Below, piece after piece: positions 27,948 to 37,216 of a DNA stretch of 64,000 nt. Within the stretch, counting starts at the first letter, position 1. Every line of letters starts with the position of its first letter. A model generated the notes under the pieces. The model was given only the letters and a program-made list of their open reading frames with translations, was not told the origin of the DNA and ran no database searches. The DNA is from an uncultured Candidatus Actinomarina sp. (GTDB taxonomy: Bacteria; Actinomycetota; Acidimicrobiia; Actinomarinales; Actinomarinaceae): NCBI GenBank assembly GCA_902535055.1, contig CACASI010000002.1, positions 15,333 to 79,332 of the forward strand, in the 5' to 3' direction. Made by a program: the position numbers and the translations under genes.

Positions 27948-28807
27948 GATCTAATAATCTCATCATATAATATGGTGCCATCTTCAATAATTGTTTTATC
28001 ACAAATTATTGAATTTTTAATTTGTACATTATTCCCAATAGAAGAGGATCCTAAAATTACACTGTTTTCAATAGTTACATTTTTCCCTGTACTCGCTGAT
28101 TCAGATATCCAATTACTCTGATTTTCTGTATGAGCATATATATATGACTCCCTAGTTCCTACATCTAACATATTGCCCTCGACAATGAAACAATCTAATA
28201 AATTGTTAGCTGCTAAATTAGGAAATACATTTTTCTCAAATGAACAAGGTATTTCTAATTTATCTTTTATTTTTTTAATATCTTTTTTGTGAAGACAATA
28301 TACCCCAAGGCTTATATTATTTCCGTATTTCATATCTTCTGGTTTTTCAATAAAATTGATAATCTTTGTTCCATCTAATTCAAGGACTCCATACCGTGAA
28401 GGATCATCAACTGGTATAGAGCAGATAGTTGAATTCTTTGAATTGTTTGCAACTTCTAAAAATGAGTCAAAATTCATTTCAATTAATAAGTCCCCATTCA
28501 TACACAAAAATTTATCACTGAAATTGTTTATGTTTTGAACTACAAAACCAGCTGTGTCTAATTTTTCATGTTCAAAATGTAAGTTCACATTAAATTGAGA
28601 ATTTTTTTTATACTCAAGCCAAAACTTTTCATGCTTAATTGAACATATTAAATTAATGTTTTCTATATTTGATTTATCTAAATTTTTAAGAATTAAATCA
28701 ATTAGTAATTTTCCCTTGATAGTAAGTAAAGCTTTTGGAATCCCCTCAGATAAAGGTCTTAACCTTGTGGCTTCTCCGCCAACTAATAGATATATATCTT
28801 TAATCAT
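27944..28807 (-). CDS. Sugar-phosphate nucleotidyltransferase with a C-terminal left-handed beta-helix
   Basis: 287 aa with the LVGGEATRLRPLS...PKALL motif and hexapeptide-like repeats at the C-terminus. Confidence 0.75.
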   Translation of the reverse strand: MIKDIYLLVGGEATRLRPLSEGIPKALLTIKGKLLIDLILKNLDKSNIENINLICSIKHEKFWLEYKKNSQFNVNLHFEHEKLDTAGFVVQNINNFSDKFLCMNGDLLIEMNFDSFLEVANNSKNSTICSIPVDDPSRYGVLELDGTKIINFIEKPEDMKYGNNISLGVYCLHKKDIKKIKDKLEIPCSFEKNVFPNLAANNLLDCFIVEGNMLDVGTRESYIYAHTENQSNWISESASTGKNVTIENSVILGSSSIGNNVQIKNSIICDKTIIEDGTILYDEIIRS

Positions 28808-30176
28808 TATTCAAAATATTTAATAGTTCTTCAAATTCAGATTGTATATCGATTTGTAATATGTTTTCCCATAAATTATTTGCTTCTTCTTTTAAATAAG
28901 GAAATGCATTCTTAATAAATTTCTCTTTAAGAAAAGGGACGGCTTCATTCCGTCTATTTGGATGACCAATTGGAGTCTCTACTTTCTCTTTAATAGATAA
29001 TGATCCATCTTTATATTTAAAATAGATTTCATTAGATATATGCCTTTTAGAGATTTCATAATAATTTTTAGTGAACTCTTTATTCTCTAATACTTTTATT
29101 TTTTTTCTTAAGGCATTGACTTCATCTATTCCATGAAAATTATCACTATATGTATCTGATGTAATCTCTTTAAAAATTAATGCAGCAGAAACCATAAATT
29201 CAAGGGAATGGTCTCTGTCTGAAGAATTATTAAGATCTTTTTTATTACTAATAATTCTTAAAGCTGGCTCATGAGTTTCAATGATTATTTCATCAATATC
29301 TTTTTTAGTTTCATTAAATAAATCTGATAATTTAAAAGATGCTTCTACTGCTGATTGACCATGAAATTCTGCTGGATACAAAACTTTATATAATATATTT
29401 TGAATTACCCAATCGTTAAGATCTTTACCAAACAATAAAATTTCATCATCTAAAAATACTTTATTAAATCCCCATATTTGATCATCTTGTATATTTTCAT
29501 AAGTGTTGTCAGGAAACTGGCTTATTTCAGCAAGCTCAATACCTCTCGAAACTGCATCTCCTGCTGCCCAGCTTTTTCTTTTACCAACATTTGGGGCTTG
29601 TCTATAAGATCTTAAATTAACACCATCTTGTAAAACATTATTTACTGTTCTTGATATTGATTCGGTATTTTTATCTGATAATAAAGAAGAATATACCGCT
29701 CCAGATGCAAGCTTTACATAGAAGACATGATCGTAACCCTTTTTGTTTAATGATGTACCTAAAGCCAAGCTGCCTTGGATTTCATACATTTGAATAATTG
29801 ATTGTAAAAATTGTGAAATATTTTTTTCTTTGTGATTTATAAAGTAAGCAAATGCTGTTCCAATATTATCAGACGGATGAGCCCACTCTTTGGCAAGAAA
29901 AGTATCGTTATAATCAAACCACCGTGTCAAAATTGAAAAATACCGAGCTATTTCATTGGATGATTGCATATCTCCCAAAACTTTAAATGGATTTGTGTTG
30001 GAACCATAAACGTCTCTGGTGGCAAATCTCATTGGATCTTCGTATGTTGAAGCATTATAAATGCAACCCAAAGTGTCTAAAAGTGATAATTTCACAGCAA
30101 ATATATTTTCCTCAGAAAATTTAATATTTTTTGAAAGATAGTTTGAAATTACTTTATCAATATTTTGTTGATCCAA
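28800..30176 (-). CDS. prpD: MmgE/PrpD-family dehydratase (2-methylcitrate dehydratase-like)
   Basis: 458 aa. Its length and blocks are collinear with PrpD, and it is adjacent to a citrate synthase-family gene. Confidence 0.7.
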   Translation of the reverse strand: MDQQNIDKVISNYLSKNIKFSEENIFAVKLSLLDTLGCIYNASTYEDPMRFATRDVYGSNTNPFKVLGDMQSSNEIARYFSILTRWFDYNDTFLAKEWAHPSDNIGTAFAYFINHKEKNISQFLQSIIQMYEIQGSLALGTSLNKKGYDHVFYVKLASGAVYSSLLSDKNTESISRTVNNVLQDGVNLRSYRQAPNVGKRKSWAAGDAVSRGIELAEISQFPDNTYENIQDDQIWGFNKVFLDDEILLFGKDLNDWVIQNILYKVLYPAEFHGQSAVEASFKLSDLFNETKKDIDEIIIETHEPALRIISNKKDLNNSSDRDHSLEFMVSAALIFKEITSDTYSDNFHGIDEVNALRKKIKVLENKEFTKNYYEISKRHISNEIYFKYKDGSLSIKEKVETPIGHPNRRNEAVPFLKEKFIKNAFPYLKEEANNLWENILQIDIQSEFEELLNILNND

Positions 30177-30179
30177 AAA

Positions 30180-31229
30180 CTAATCTCTTTCTTCAACTCC
30201 AATATATTTTGCAGCTGGTCTAATTAAGGTATCATCAGCTCTTTGTTCAAAATAATGCGCAGCCCAACCAACTGACCTTCCAGCAACAAAAATAGGAGTG
30301 AATAAATTTACATTAAAATTTAACTCGGACAACAATAATCCACCGTAAAAATCCACATTTGGAAATAGTTTTTTTTCCTGGTCCATAATTTCATCAATCT
30401 TTTTTGCAATTTCAAATCTTAGTTTTGCATCATCATCAGAAATTAGTTTTTCTACCCAGCTTTTTACTACGGGGCTTCTGGGATCTTGAATTTTATAAAC
30501 TCCATGTCCAAATCCCATAATTTTTTTCTTTTCATCAAGCATTTTCATTACACCAACAGTTGCATCTTCAACATCTTGAAATGAGTTAATTAACTCTACC
30601 GCTCTTTCATTTGCTCCACCGTGTAGTTCTCCTTTGAGAGTGCCTATTCCAGATACAATTGAACTGGTTAAATCAGACCTAGTTGAACCAGTAACTCTTG
30701 TAGCAAATGTAGAAGCATTAAATCCATGTTCCGCATAAAGAATTAAGATGTCATCTAGTGCTTGTAGTTGATCTTTTGATGCTTCATCACTTAACATTGA
30801 ACTAGCAACTGTATACTCATCATTTAATTCGCTAGTTTTGCTGTCGTTGTAACTAGCTATAACATATGCAACAGCGGCAGAAATTTGAGTAGTCGCTTCT
30901 AAATCAGATTTTTTTTCTGACTCACCAATGTAAGAAACAATTGTTCTAATAACGTCCATTGGATGTAGTCTTGATTTAATTTGTTCTAAAAGATTATTGA
31001 TATCTTTGTCACTATCTAATTCTGTATAGTATTTTTGGAAAAATGCTGTGAAATCAGAACCGTCCAGATTATCATCGATTATCAGAGATGCGACATCTTC
31101 ATAAGTATGTGTGTCTGTAAGCTTAATTGCATCATATCCACGATATCTTAGTGAGGTACCCTCCATGCCAACGGTGGATATTTTAGTTTCTCCTGCAATT
31201 ACTCCTCTTAATCCTGGTGAATATTCCAT
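30180..31229 (-). CDS. Citrate synthase-family enzyme (citrate or 2-methylcitrate synthase)
   Basis: 349 aa with GLRGVIAGET, HGGANE and GFGHGVYK..DPR catalytic blocks. Confidence 0.85.
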   Translation of the reverse strand: MEYSPGLRGVIAGETKISTVGMEGTSLRYRGYDAIKLTDTHTYEDVASLIIDDNLDGSDFTAFFQKYYTELDSDKDINNLLEQIKSRLHPMDVIRTIVSYIGESEKKSDLEATTQISAAVAYVIASYNDSKTSELNDEYTVASSMLSDEASKDQLQALDDILILYAEHGFNASTFATRVTGSTRSDLTSSIVSGIGTLKGELHGGANERAVELINSFQDVEDATVGVMKMLDEKKKIMGFGHGVYKIQDPRSPVVKSWVEKLISDDDAKLRFEIAKKIDEIMDQEKKLFPNVDFYGGLLLSELNFNVNLFTPIFVAGRSVGWAAHYFEQRADDTLIRPAAKYIGVEERD

Positions 31230-31305
31230 AGCTAACTAAGTCTACAGGCAAATTAATAAATTAGACTATTACAATTTTGAATTTTATGAATACTAAAATC
31301 TTTTC

Positions 31306-34266
31306 ATGGCGCAAATTCACGACTTAGAATCTAAATCAAGATTTGGGACAAGGTATATTGTCGGAACTATATTGGCTATCTCAACTTTATTAATAGCTGG
31401 TTGGATTGGGTTTTTTGTTTTTCTTCCAATTAAATCAGGCATGAGTACGGTATATGAATTAGAAGAAAGATTTTTACCACGAGCTGAGGGTATGGTTCTT
31501 GATTTCGTCTCTTTGTCAGAACCTTCAATCATCATAACTAGTGATAATATAATTTTAGACGAGTTGCATGATGGACTAAATAGAGATCCGATAAAACTGT
31601 CCGAGGTACCTCCATTTGTAATAAATACTTTATTAGCTGCTGAGGACAGCAATTACTACCAGCATGAAGGTGTAGATTTTATTGCAATATTAAGTGCTGT
31701 ACTTGACAATTTAAGAGGAGTAACAAGAGGAGGCTCAACTATTACCTCACAAGTGGCAAAACAATCATTTGTTGGCGATGAAATTTCAATTAGGAGAAAA
31801 GTTGCTGAAGCAGTTGTAGCAGCAGAACTTGAAAGAAGATATACAAAAGATCAAATTCTGGAATACTATATAAATTCAATTTACTGGGGATCAGGAGCAT
31901 ATGGACTTCAGTCAGCAGCATATGAGTATTTCAATAAAGAAGTTTCTGAACTTACGTTGGACCAAGCAGCAACCTTAGTAGTTATCATTAGAAGTCCCGC
32001 ATATTACAACCCAAGAAAATATCCAGACAGAGTACTTGAAAGAAGGAACAATGTTTTAGATATTATGCTAAAAGAAGGATTTATAGTTGATATCCAGCAT
32101 AGATCAGCAAAGCTTGCTCCTTTAGTTATTTCGGAACAAAATAATATTGAAAACAATGCTGAGCATGTATCTGCTGAAGTAAAAAGACAACTACTTAATG
32201 ATCCTCAATTTGCTTTTTTAGGAAATACAAAAGAGGATAGAAAGAAAAAATTATTTGGTTGCCCATCAGATGATACAAGCTGTACCGGTGGTGGAGGACT
32301 AAAAATTTATATAACTGTAAATCTTGCATTACAAGAGCATGCAAATTCAATACTCAATAAATGGGTACCTTCTTCGGATGAGGAGGAAACTGAAGATTTG
32401 GATGAGCCAAAGCCTACAGGTGTCATAACTTTATTAAATAATTTTACAGGAGCGATAGAAGTTATGGCCTCAGGAATTCCTTTTGATGAAGAGCAGTATA
32501 ACCTAGCAACTCAAGGTAAGAGAAATCCAGGGTCTGCATTCAAACCAATTACTCTTCTTGCGGCTTTAGAAACTGGCTCTCAATTGTATAGTTACAGAGA
32601 CTCGAGATCACCTACTGAAATAGACTGTGGGTATCCTTGTGCCCCAGATGGGATTGGAACAAATTGGGTTGTTAGAAATTATGGAACATCAATAAAAGCT
32701 GATAGATACATTAATCAAATTTCTGCTCAAGATAGAGCTATTGAACTTGAGTGTGTTGGGTATCACATAGAAGATATAAAGAATAAGGACTTCATTGAAC
32801 AATTTCCAATTGTTGAAGGACTTGATGATTTGGAAGATGAAAATGAAAAATTGTTAGCAATTGGAAGAGCTCTGAATCAATATGATGAAGAAGGCAATCC
32901 TATAATTTACACAACTAATGAAAATATTGATACTGATGAAAATCAATTAGTTATCAACGATGAACAGTTAATAGAGGAACAAAATAATTTAATACAAATA
33001 GATTTAGAAAAAGAAAATCAATATATTTACAAACCGTGTCAGGATAAATCTGAATATAACAGGTCAATAAAATTGTTAGATACATCAGGGATGGTTTCAC
33101 TAGAAGAAGCAACTAGACGATCTATAAATACAGTTTTTGCACAATTAGCTTCCGAGATTGGTGGGGAAAAGCTTGCAAGTACTGCTAAAAGAATAGGAAT
33201 TGAATCAGAACTAGAACCAGTTATTTCTTTAACTCTTGGGGCAGGTGCAGTTACTCCAATTGAGTTGGCATCAGCCTACTCATCTTTTGCCACAAATGGA
33301 AAATTAGCACCACCATATATAATTGAAAAAATTGTAGATTCAAATGGACAACTTTTGTACAAACATATAATTTCAACGAGAACAAGTATTCCAGATCCTG
33401 CTGCAGCCGCTGCAGTAAGAAAAACACTTGAAGTAGCTGCTCAATTTGGAACGGGGACTCGAGCTGTCTTAAATGATAGGCCAATAGCTGGAAAAACTGG
33501 TACACATCAAGGCTTTAGAGAAGCATGGTTTATTGGATTTATTCCTCAATATACTTCCTCTGTTTGGATAGGTTTTGCTGAAGAACAATTACCACTTACT
33601 GATGTTCAAATTAATGGTGAGTTAATTAAGAATGTTTCAGGTGGAAGAGTTCCTGCTCCAATTTGGAAAGAATTTATGGAAGAAGTTGTTAAAGACTTAC
33701 CAATAGAAAATTGGCCGGAAGATCCTCTTGATATAGAAAGATACTATGAAATTCCTAAAATAGAGATTCCAGAATTAGTTGGATTAAATGTACTAGATGC
33801 TGAAGAAATTGCATTTTCAGGCTATATTTTACCAACCATCAACTTGGTTGATTCAGAAGAAGCTCCTGGATTGGTCTTAAAACAAAACGTGCTCAACTGT
33901 GATAGAGATGGAAATGGAAACCAAGATGAAACTGAGGCTTCGGAAAATTCTTCAAATGAAGAAGATGATTGTATTGGTGTTGAAATGCCAGAAGGAACTG
34001 AAGTTATTTTAGAAGTATCAGGTAAAAAATTCACAGGTAATTTGCCAAATATTCCCCCTTGTTCTTTGACAGGTGAAGAGGCCGAAAATTTAGTAAAAGA
34101 GTTTATGAGAGAATCAAATGTAATTTTGTTCTTAAAAAACTCATTTGAATTAACAGAACTAGAAAATTGTGAAGGAAAAGTAATTGGGACAAACTTTCCC
34201 CAAGGAGGAAGTGTTTCAACTGGAGATAGCTTAATTTTTATAATTGGAAGTAAAAATGAAGATTAG
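31306..34266 (+). CDS. Class A penicillin-binding protein (GT51 transglycosylase + transpeptidase + PASTA-like C-terminus)
   Basis: 986 aa with a TM anchor. GT51 motifs are AAEDSNYYQHEGVD and RGGSTITSQ. Transpeptidase motifs are SAFK, SIN and KTGT. The C-terminus has repeats beginning IPELVGL. Confidence 0.9.
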   Translation: MAQIHDLESKSRFGTRYIVGTILAISTLLIAGWIGFFVFLPIKSGMSTVYELEERFLPRAEGMVLDFVSLSEPSIIITSDNIILDELHDGLNRDPIKLSEVPPFVINTLLAAEDSNYYQHEGVDFIAILSAVLDNLRGVTRGGSTITSQVAKQSFVGDEISIRRKVAEAVVAAELERRYTKDQILEYYINSIYWGSGAYGLQSAAYEYFNKEVSELTLDQAATLVVIIRSPAYYNPRKYPDRVLERRNNVLDIMLKEGFIVDIQHRSAKLAPLVISEQNNIENNAEHVSAEVKRQLLNDPQFAFLGNTKEDRKKKLFGCPSDDTSCTGGGGLKIYITVNLALQEHANSILNKWVPSSDEEETEDLDEPKPTGVITLLNNFTGAIEVMASGIPFDEEQYNLATQGKRNPGSAFKPITLLAALETGSQLYSYRDSRSPTEIDCGYPCAPDGIGTNWVVRNYGTSIKADRYINQISAQDRAIELECVGYHIEDIKNKDFIEQFPIVEGLDDLEDENEKLLAIGRALNQYDEEGNPIIYTTNENIDTDENQLVINDEQLIEEQNNLIQIDLEKENQYIYKPCQDKSEYNRSIKLLDTSGMVSLEEATRRSINTVFAQLASEIGGEKLASTAKRIGIESELEPVISLTLGAGAVTPIELASAYSSFATNGKLAPPYIIEKIVDSNGQLLYKHIISTRTSIPDPAAAAAVRKTLEVAAQFGTGTRAVLNDRPIAGKTGTHQGFREAWFIGFIPQYTSSVWIGFAEEQLPLTDVQINGELIKNVSGGRVPAPIWKEFMEEVVKDLPIENWPEDPLDIERYYEIPKIEIPELVGLNVLDAEEIAFSGYILPTINLVDSEEAPGLVLKQNVLNCDRDGNGNQDETEASENSSNEEDDCIGVEMPEGTEVILEVSGKKFTGNLPNIPPCSLTGEEAENLVKEFMRESNVILFLKNSFELTELENCEGKVIGTNFPQGGSVSTGDSLIFIIGSKNED

Positions 34267-35606
34267 CTTAAGCTTTTAAAGTATTCATAAAGAGACAAAA
34301 CACCAAAACCTGTCGCTCCTTTTCTATTATCTGATCTTGCAGGACCAGCTATATCAAGATGCATCCATTTATTATCTCCAATAAACTCTTGTAACAATAA
34401 AGCGGCAGTTATGGCTCCACCAAATCTTCCACCAGTATTTTTCATATCAGCTATTTCAGAATCGATTAGTTTTCTATATTTTGAATATAAAGGGAGCGAG
34501 TGGAAATCTTCATATGTGTTTTTTGCAGCCTCAATGAATTTTGATTCCACATCTTTGTTATTTGAAAAAACAGCTCCAACATCTAATCCTAATGCAACAT
34601 ATGATGCCCCAGTTAAAGTAGCGATATCACAAATTAAATCTGGATTTGATTCTGCCGCAAAAGCTAAGGCATCTGCCATTATCAACCTTCCCTCGGCGTC
34701 GGTGTTTAAAACTTCTATAGTTTTTCCATTTCTAGCTTTTAAAACATCACCAGGTCTGATAGCTGAACCACTAACCATATTTTCAACAATTGGTGTGTAT
34801 ACAGTTAATCCAATATCTTGGTTGGTCCTTGCGACTAAATTAATTACTCCCCATGCACTTGCTGCACCTGACATATCGGTTTTCATAGTTTCCATACCAG
34901 CTGGGCTTTTTAGAGAGTAGCCTCCTGAATCAAAAAGTACACCTTTTCCAATTAGGGCAATCTGATATTTAGCTGTTTCATTATATTTTCCAACGACTAA
35001 ATAAGGGGCTCTATCGGATCCTTTTGCGACTCCCAAAACGCCTCCAAAGTTGTTTTCTTCAAGCCACTTTTGATCAAATACTTCGACATTGACATCAGAA
35101 GATTCAACTAAATTATTCACATTTTGCATAAATTCTTCTGGAGATTTATCTAAAGCAGGTGTATTAATTTGGTTTCTTACCCAAAAGATTGAACTTTGTT
35201 TTATATTGTTTTCAGTTGTATCTTCATTATTAAATGTGATCTTGTTAATACCCAAATCATCTGCGGACTTGTAGTCATTGAATTTATACTGTGCATAAAG
35301 AATTCCATCAATTACTGGAACAATGTTGATATCAATATTTAGGAAATCAACCTCGACATCTTCTTTAATTTTTGAACCTATATTTATTCCTAGCTCATAC
35401 AGTTCCTGATTATCTTCTATTTCACCGATGCCAACCAAATAAGTTCTGTTTTCTTTTTTAGAATAAGATGATGGCATAACAATTATTTGATTAGCTTTGC
35501 CTTCAAAAGAATGTGTAACACAGTATTCTTCGAATAGACTTGAATCATTTATAAAATCTTCAGATCCTTTTAAATCAGAATCCAAAAATAAGATATCAAT
35601 TTTCAT
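34263..35606 (-). CDS. pepA: Leucyl aminopeptidase (M17)
   Basis: 447 aa with VGKGVLFDSGG-like, NTDAEGRL and DIAGP blocks. Confidence 0.9.
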   Translation of the reverse strand: MKIDILFLDSDLKGSEDFINDSSLFEEYCVTHSFEGKANQIIVMPSSYSKKENRTYLVGIGEIEDNQELYELGINIGSKIKEDVEVDFLNIDINIVPVIDGILYAQYKFNDYKSADDLGINKITFNNEDTTENNIKQSSIFWVRNQINTPALDKSPEEFMQNVNNLVESSDVNVEVFDQKWLEENNFGGVLGVAKGSDRAPYLVVGKYNETAKYQIALIGKGVLFDSGGYSLKSPAGMETMKTDMSGAASAWGVINLVARTNQDIGLTVYTPIVENMVSGSAIRPGDVLKARNGKTIEVLNTDAEGRLIMADALAFAAESNPDLICDIATLTGASYVALGLDVGAVFSNNKDVESKFIEAAKNTYEDFHSLPLYSKYRKLIDSEIADMKNTGGRFGGAITAALLLQEFIGDNKWMHLDIAGPARSDNRKGATGFGVLSLYEYFKSLS

Positions 35607-36145
35607 TTACTTGGTGTCCAATCATTTTCAAACTCTCTAGCTAACATCCATAATAGGTCTGAAAGTCTGTTCAAATAAACAATTACCTCAGAATCATTAA
35701 TTTCTAGATGCTTATGCCATCTAACACATTTTCTTTCTGCTCTTCTCGAAACTACTCTTGCCCAATCAAATTTTGCTGATAGTTCATTTTCACCGGGTAC
35801 AACAAAAAACTCTGGGATACCATTTTTCTCTTCAAGAAAATCAATATCCTCCTCAAGCCTTAATACCATCTTCTCCTCAACTAACGTTTCGTTTGGTTTT
35901 AATTTTTTTCTATTTTCTTTTGTTGTAGCTAGTTCAGCTCCAACAATAAATAATTCACGCTGAATACGAAGAACATTTTCTTTAACTTCAATTGGTAAAT
36001 TTTTGTCAGCTCTAATCAATCCTAATGCAGCAACAAGTTCATCTACTGACCCATAGGCATCTGGAGCAAGATCATCCTTTGATACTTTATCACCAAAAAG
36101 CATCCTTGTTTGACCTTTATCTCCTTTTTTCGTATAAATTTTCAT
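35603..36145 (-). CDS. PduO-type ATP:cob(I)alamin adenosyltransferase
   Basis: 180 aa with the N-terminus MKIYTKKGDKGQT and a YGSVDEL block. Confidence 0.85.
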   Translation of the reverse strand: MKIYTKKGDKGQTRMLFGDKVSKDDLAPDAYGSVDELVAALGLIRADKNLPIEVKENVLRIQRELFIVGAELATTKENRKKLKPNETLVEEKMVLRLEEDIDFLEEKNGIPEFFVVPGENELSAKFDWARVVSRRAERKCVRWHKHLEINDSEVIVYLNRLSDLLWMLAREFENDWTPSK

Positions 36146-36161
36146 AATTATAAATATAGTC

Positions 36162-36815
36162 TCAGGCCAAAAGTAACAGACCTCCAGAAGCTCCTAGAGA
36201 TACAATTAAAGATAGATAACTAAGACCTGTTGATGCCATAACTCCTGTATAAGATTTTTCTCCAAGTGATTTGAAGGATGCAAAGGATAAGATTGAAGTT
36301 GATAAATATAAGAATAAAATCACATTTTTGAACAAATTGTCAATATCTTCTCCAATAAATTCGAAAAAAACTATTGGAATCATAGTTAAAGATTGAAGAG
36401 TGCAAAATAATGCGATTCTCTTCATTCCTTGTTTTGATATTGTAGGATCTACTAAGAACCAATGACCTATCATCATTGATGAAAAGACTCCACTTATCAA
36501 AGATATTGGAAATATATTACTCAATAATAAATTGAAGAAACTTAAATCTAAATCGACCATGAGCTGATAATTTAGAATTGTAAAACTCATCCCATATAAA
36601 TATTTGTAATATTGTTTGTTATCAATAAACAAGCTAAGGATTAAAGGAAGAATGCCAATCAAACTCAATATGCTAAATTTTAAAATTGCTACAGACGAAA
36701 TTATAGAAATAAATAGGATGCTGAATCCTTTTCGAGGTTGGATACGAAAATTTGAATACAACAAATAAGGTATGCAAAATATCAACAAAACATAAACAAA
36801 TAGGTTCAATTCCAT
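36162..36815 (-). CDS. Polytopic membrane protein, unknown function
   Basis: 217 aa with about 6 hydrophobic helices. No recognised family. Confidence 0.45.
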   Translation of the reverse strand: MELNLFVYVLLIFCIPYLLYSNFRIQPRKGFSILFISIISSVAILKFSILSLIGILPLILSLFIDNKQYYKYLYGMSFTILNYQLMVDLDLSFFNLLLSNIFPISLISGVFSSMMIGHWFLVDPTISKQGMKRIALFCTLQSLTMIPIVFFEFIGEDIDNLFKNVILFLYLSTSILSFASFKSLGEKSYTGVMASTGLSYLSLIVSLGASGGLLLLA

Positions 36816-36837
36816 ATATCTTTTACAATAACAATAT

Positions 36838-37179
36838 ATGTTAAAGAATATAAATCTTGAAAAAGTTTTAAAAGCAATGGCTATTGCTTTTTCTTTTATC
36901 TTTATAACAAATATTATGGCCGACGGAAAAACTCTTTTTACTCAAAACTTCTTGATTTCACTTTTAATTTATTCAGTTTTAAGTTTTGTGGCCCTGTATG
37001 GCTTTGAGTTAAACAAATTTTTAGGTCTTATACTATTTTTATCAATTTCATTATTATCTCCTGATTTATATCCAAATTTTGATGGGGAATTGTTTCCTAT
37101 TACTTATGTTGTATTTGCTCTATTTTTAACATATATACTTGGTATAAAGATGTACGAAACATGGAAAACAAGCTTATAA
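36838..37179 (+). CDS. Small polytopic membrane protein, unknown function
   Basis: 113 aa with 3-4 hydrophobic helices. It is divergent from the previous gene with only 22 nt between the start codons. Confidence 0.4.
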   Translation: MLKNINLEKVLKAMAIAFSFIFITNIMADGKTLFTQNFLISLLIYSVLSFVALYGFELNKFLGLILFLSISLLSPDLYPNFDGELFPITYVVFALFLTYILGIKMYETWKTSL

Positions 37180-37216
37180 ATTAAATAAAGCATGAAGGGT
37201 TGGTTAGAATAGAATA

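Noticed and set aside
28800-31229. Complete methylcitrate-cycle operon
   Set aside because: Only a PrpD-family protein and a citrate synthase-family gene are present, with no PrpB/AcnD-type gene in the window. The synthase could equally be the housekeeping citrate synthase, so I do not claim a pathway.
34411-34920. 169-aa ORF antisense to pepA. There are many similar track ORFs, for example 1052..1237, 1702..1980, 3507..3839, 9184..9468, 9812..10153, 18613..18858, 31317..31652, 39307..39762, 44707..45009, 45116..45454, 47557..47970, 62243..62467 and 63083..63379.
   Set aside because: Each lies entirely inside, and antisense to or out of frame with, a gene with clear family motifs. Their products are low-complexity Ser/Phe/Ile-rich strings with no recognisable motif. 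I treat them as shadow ORFs.
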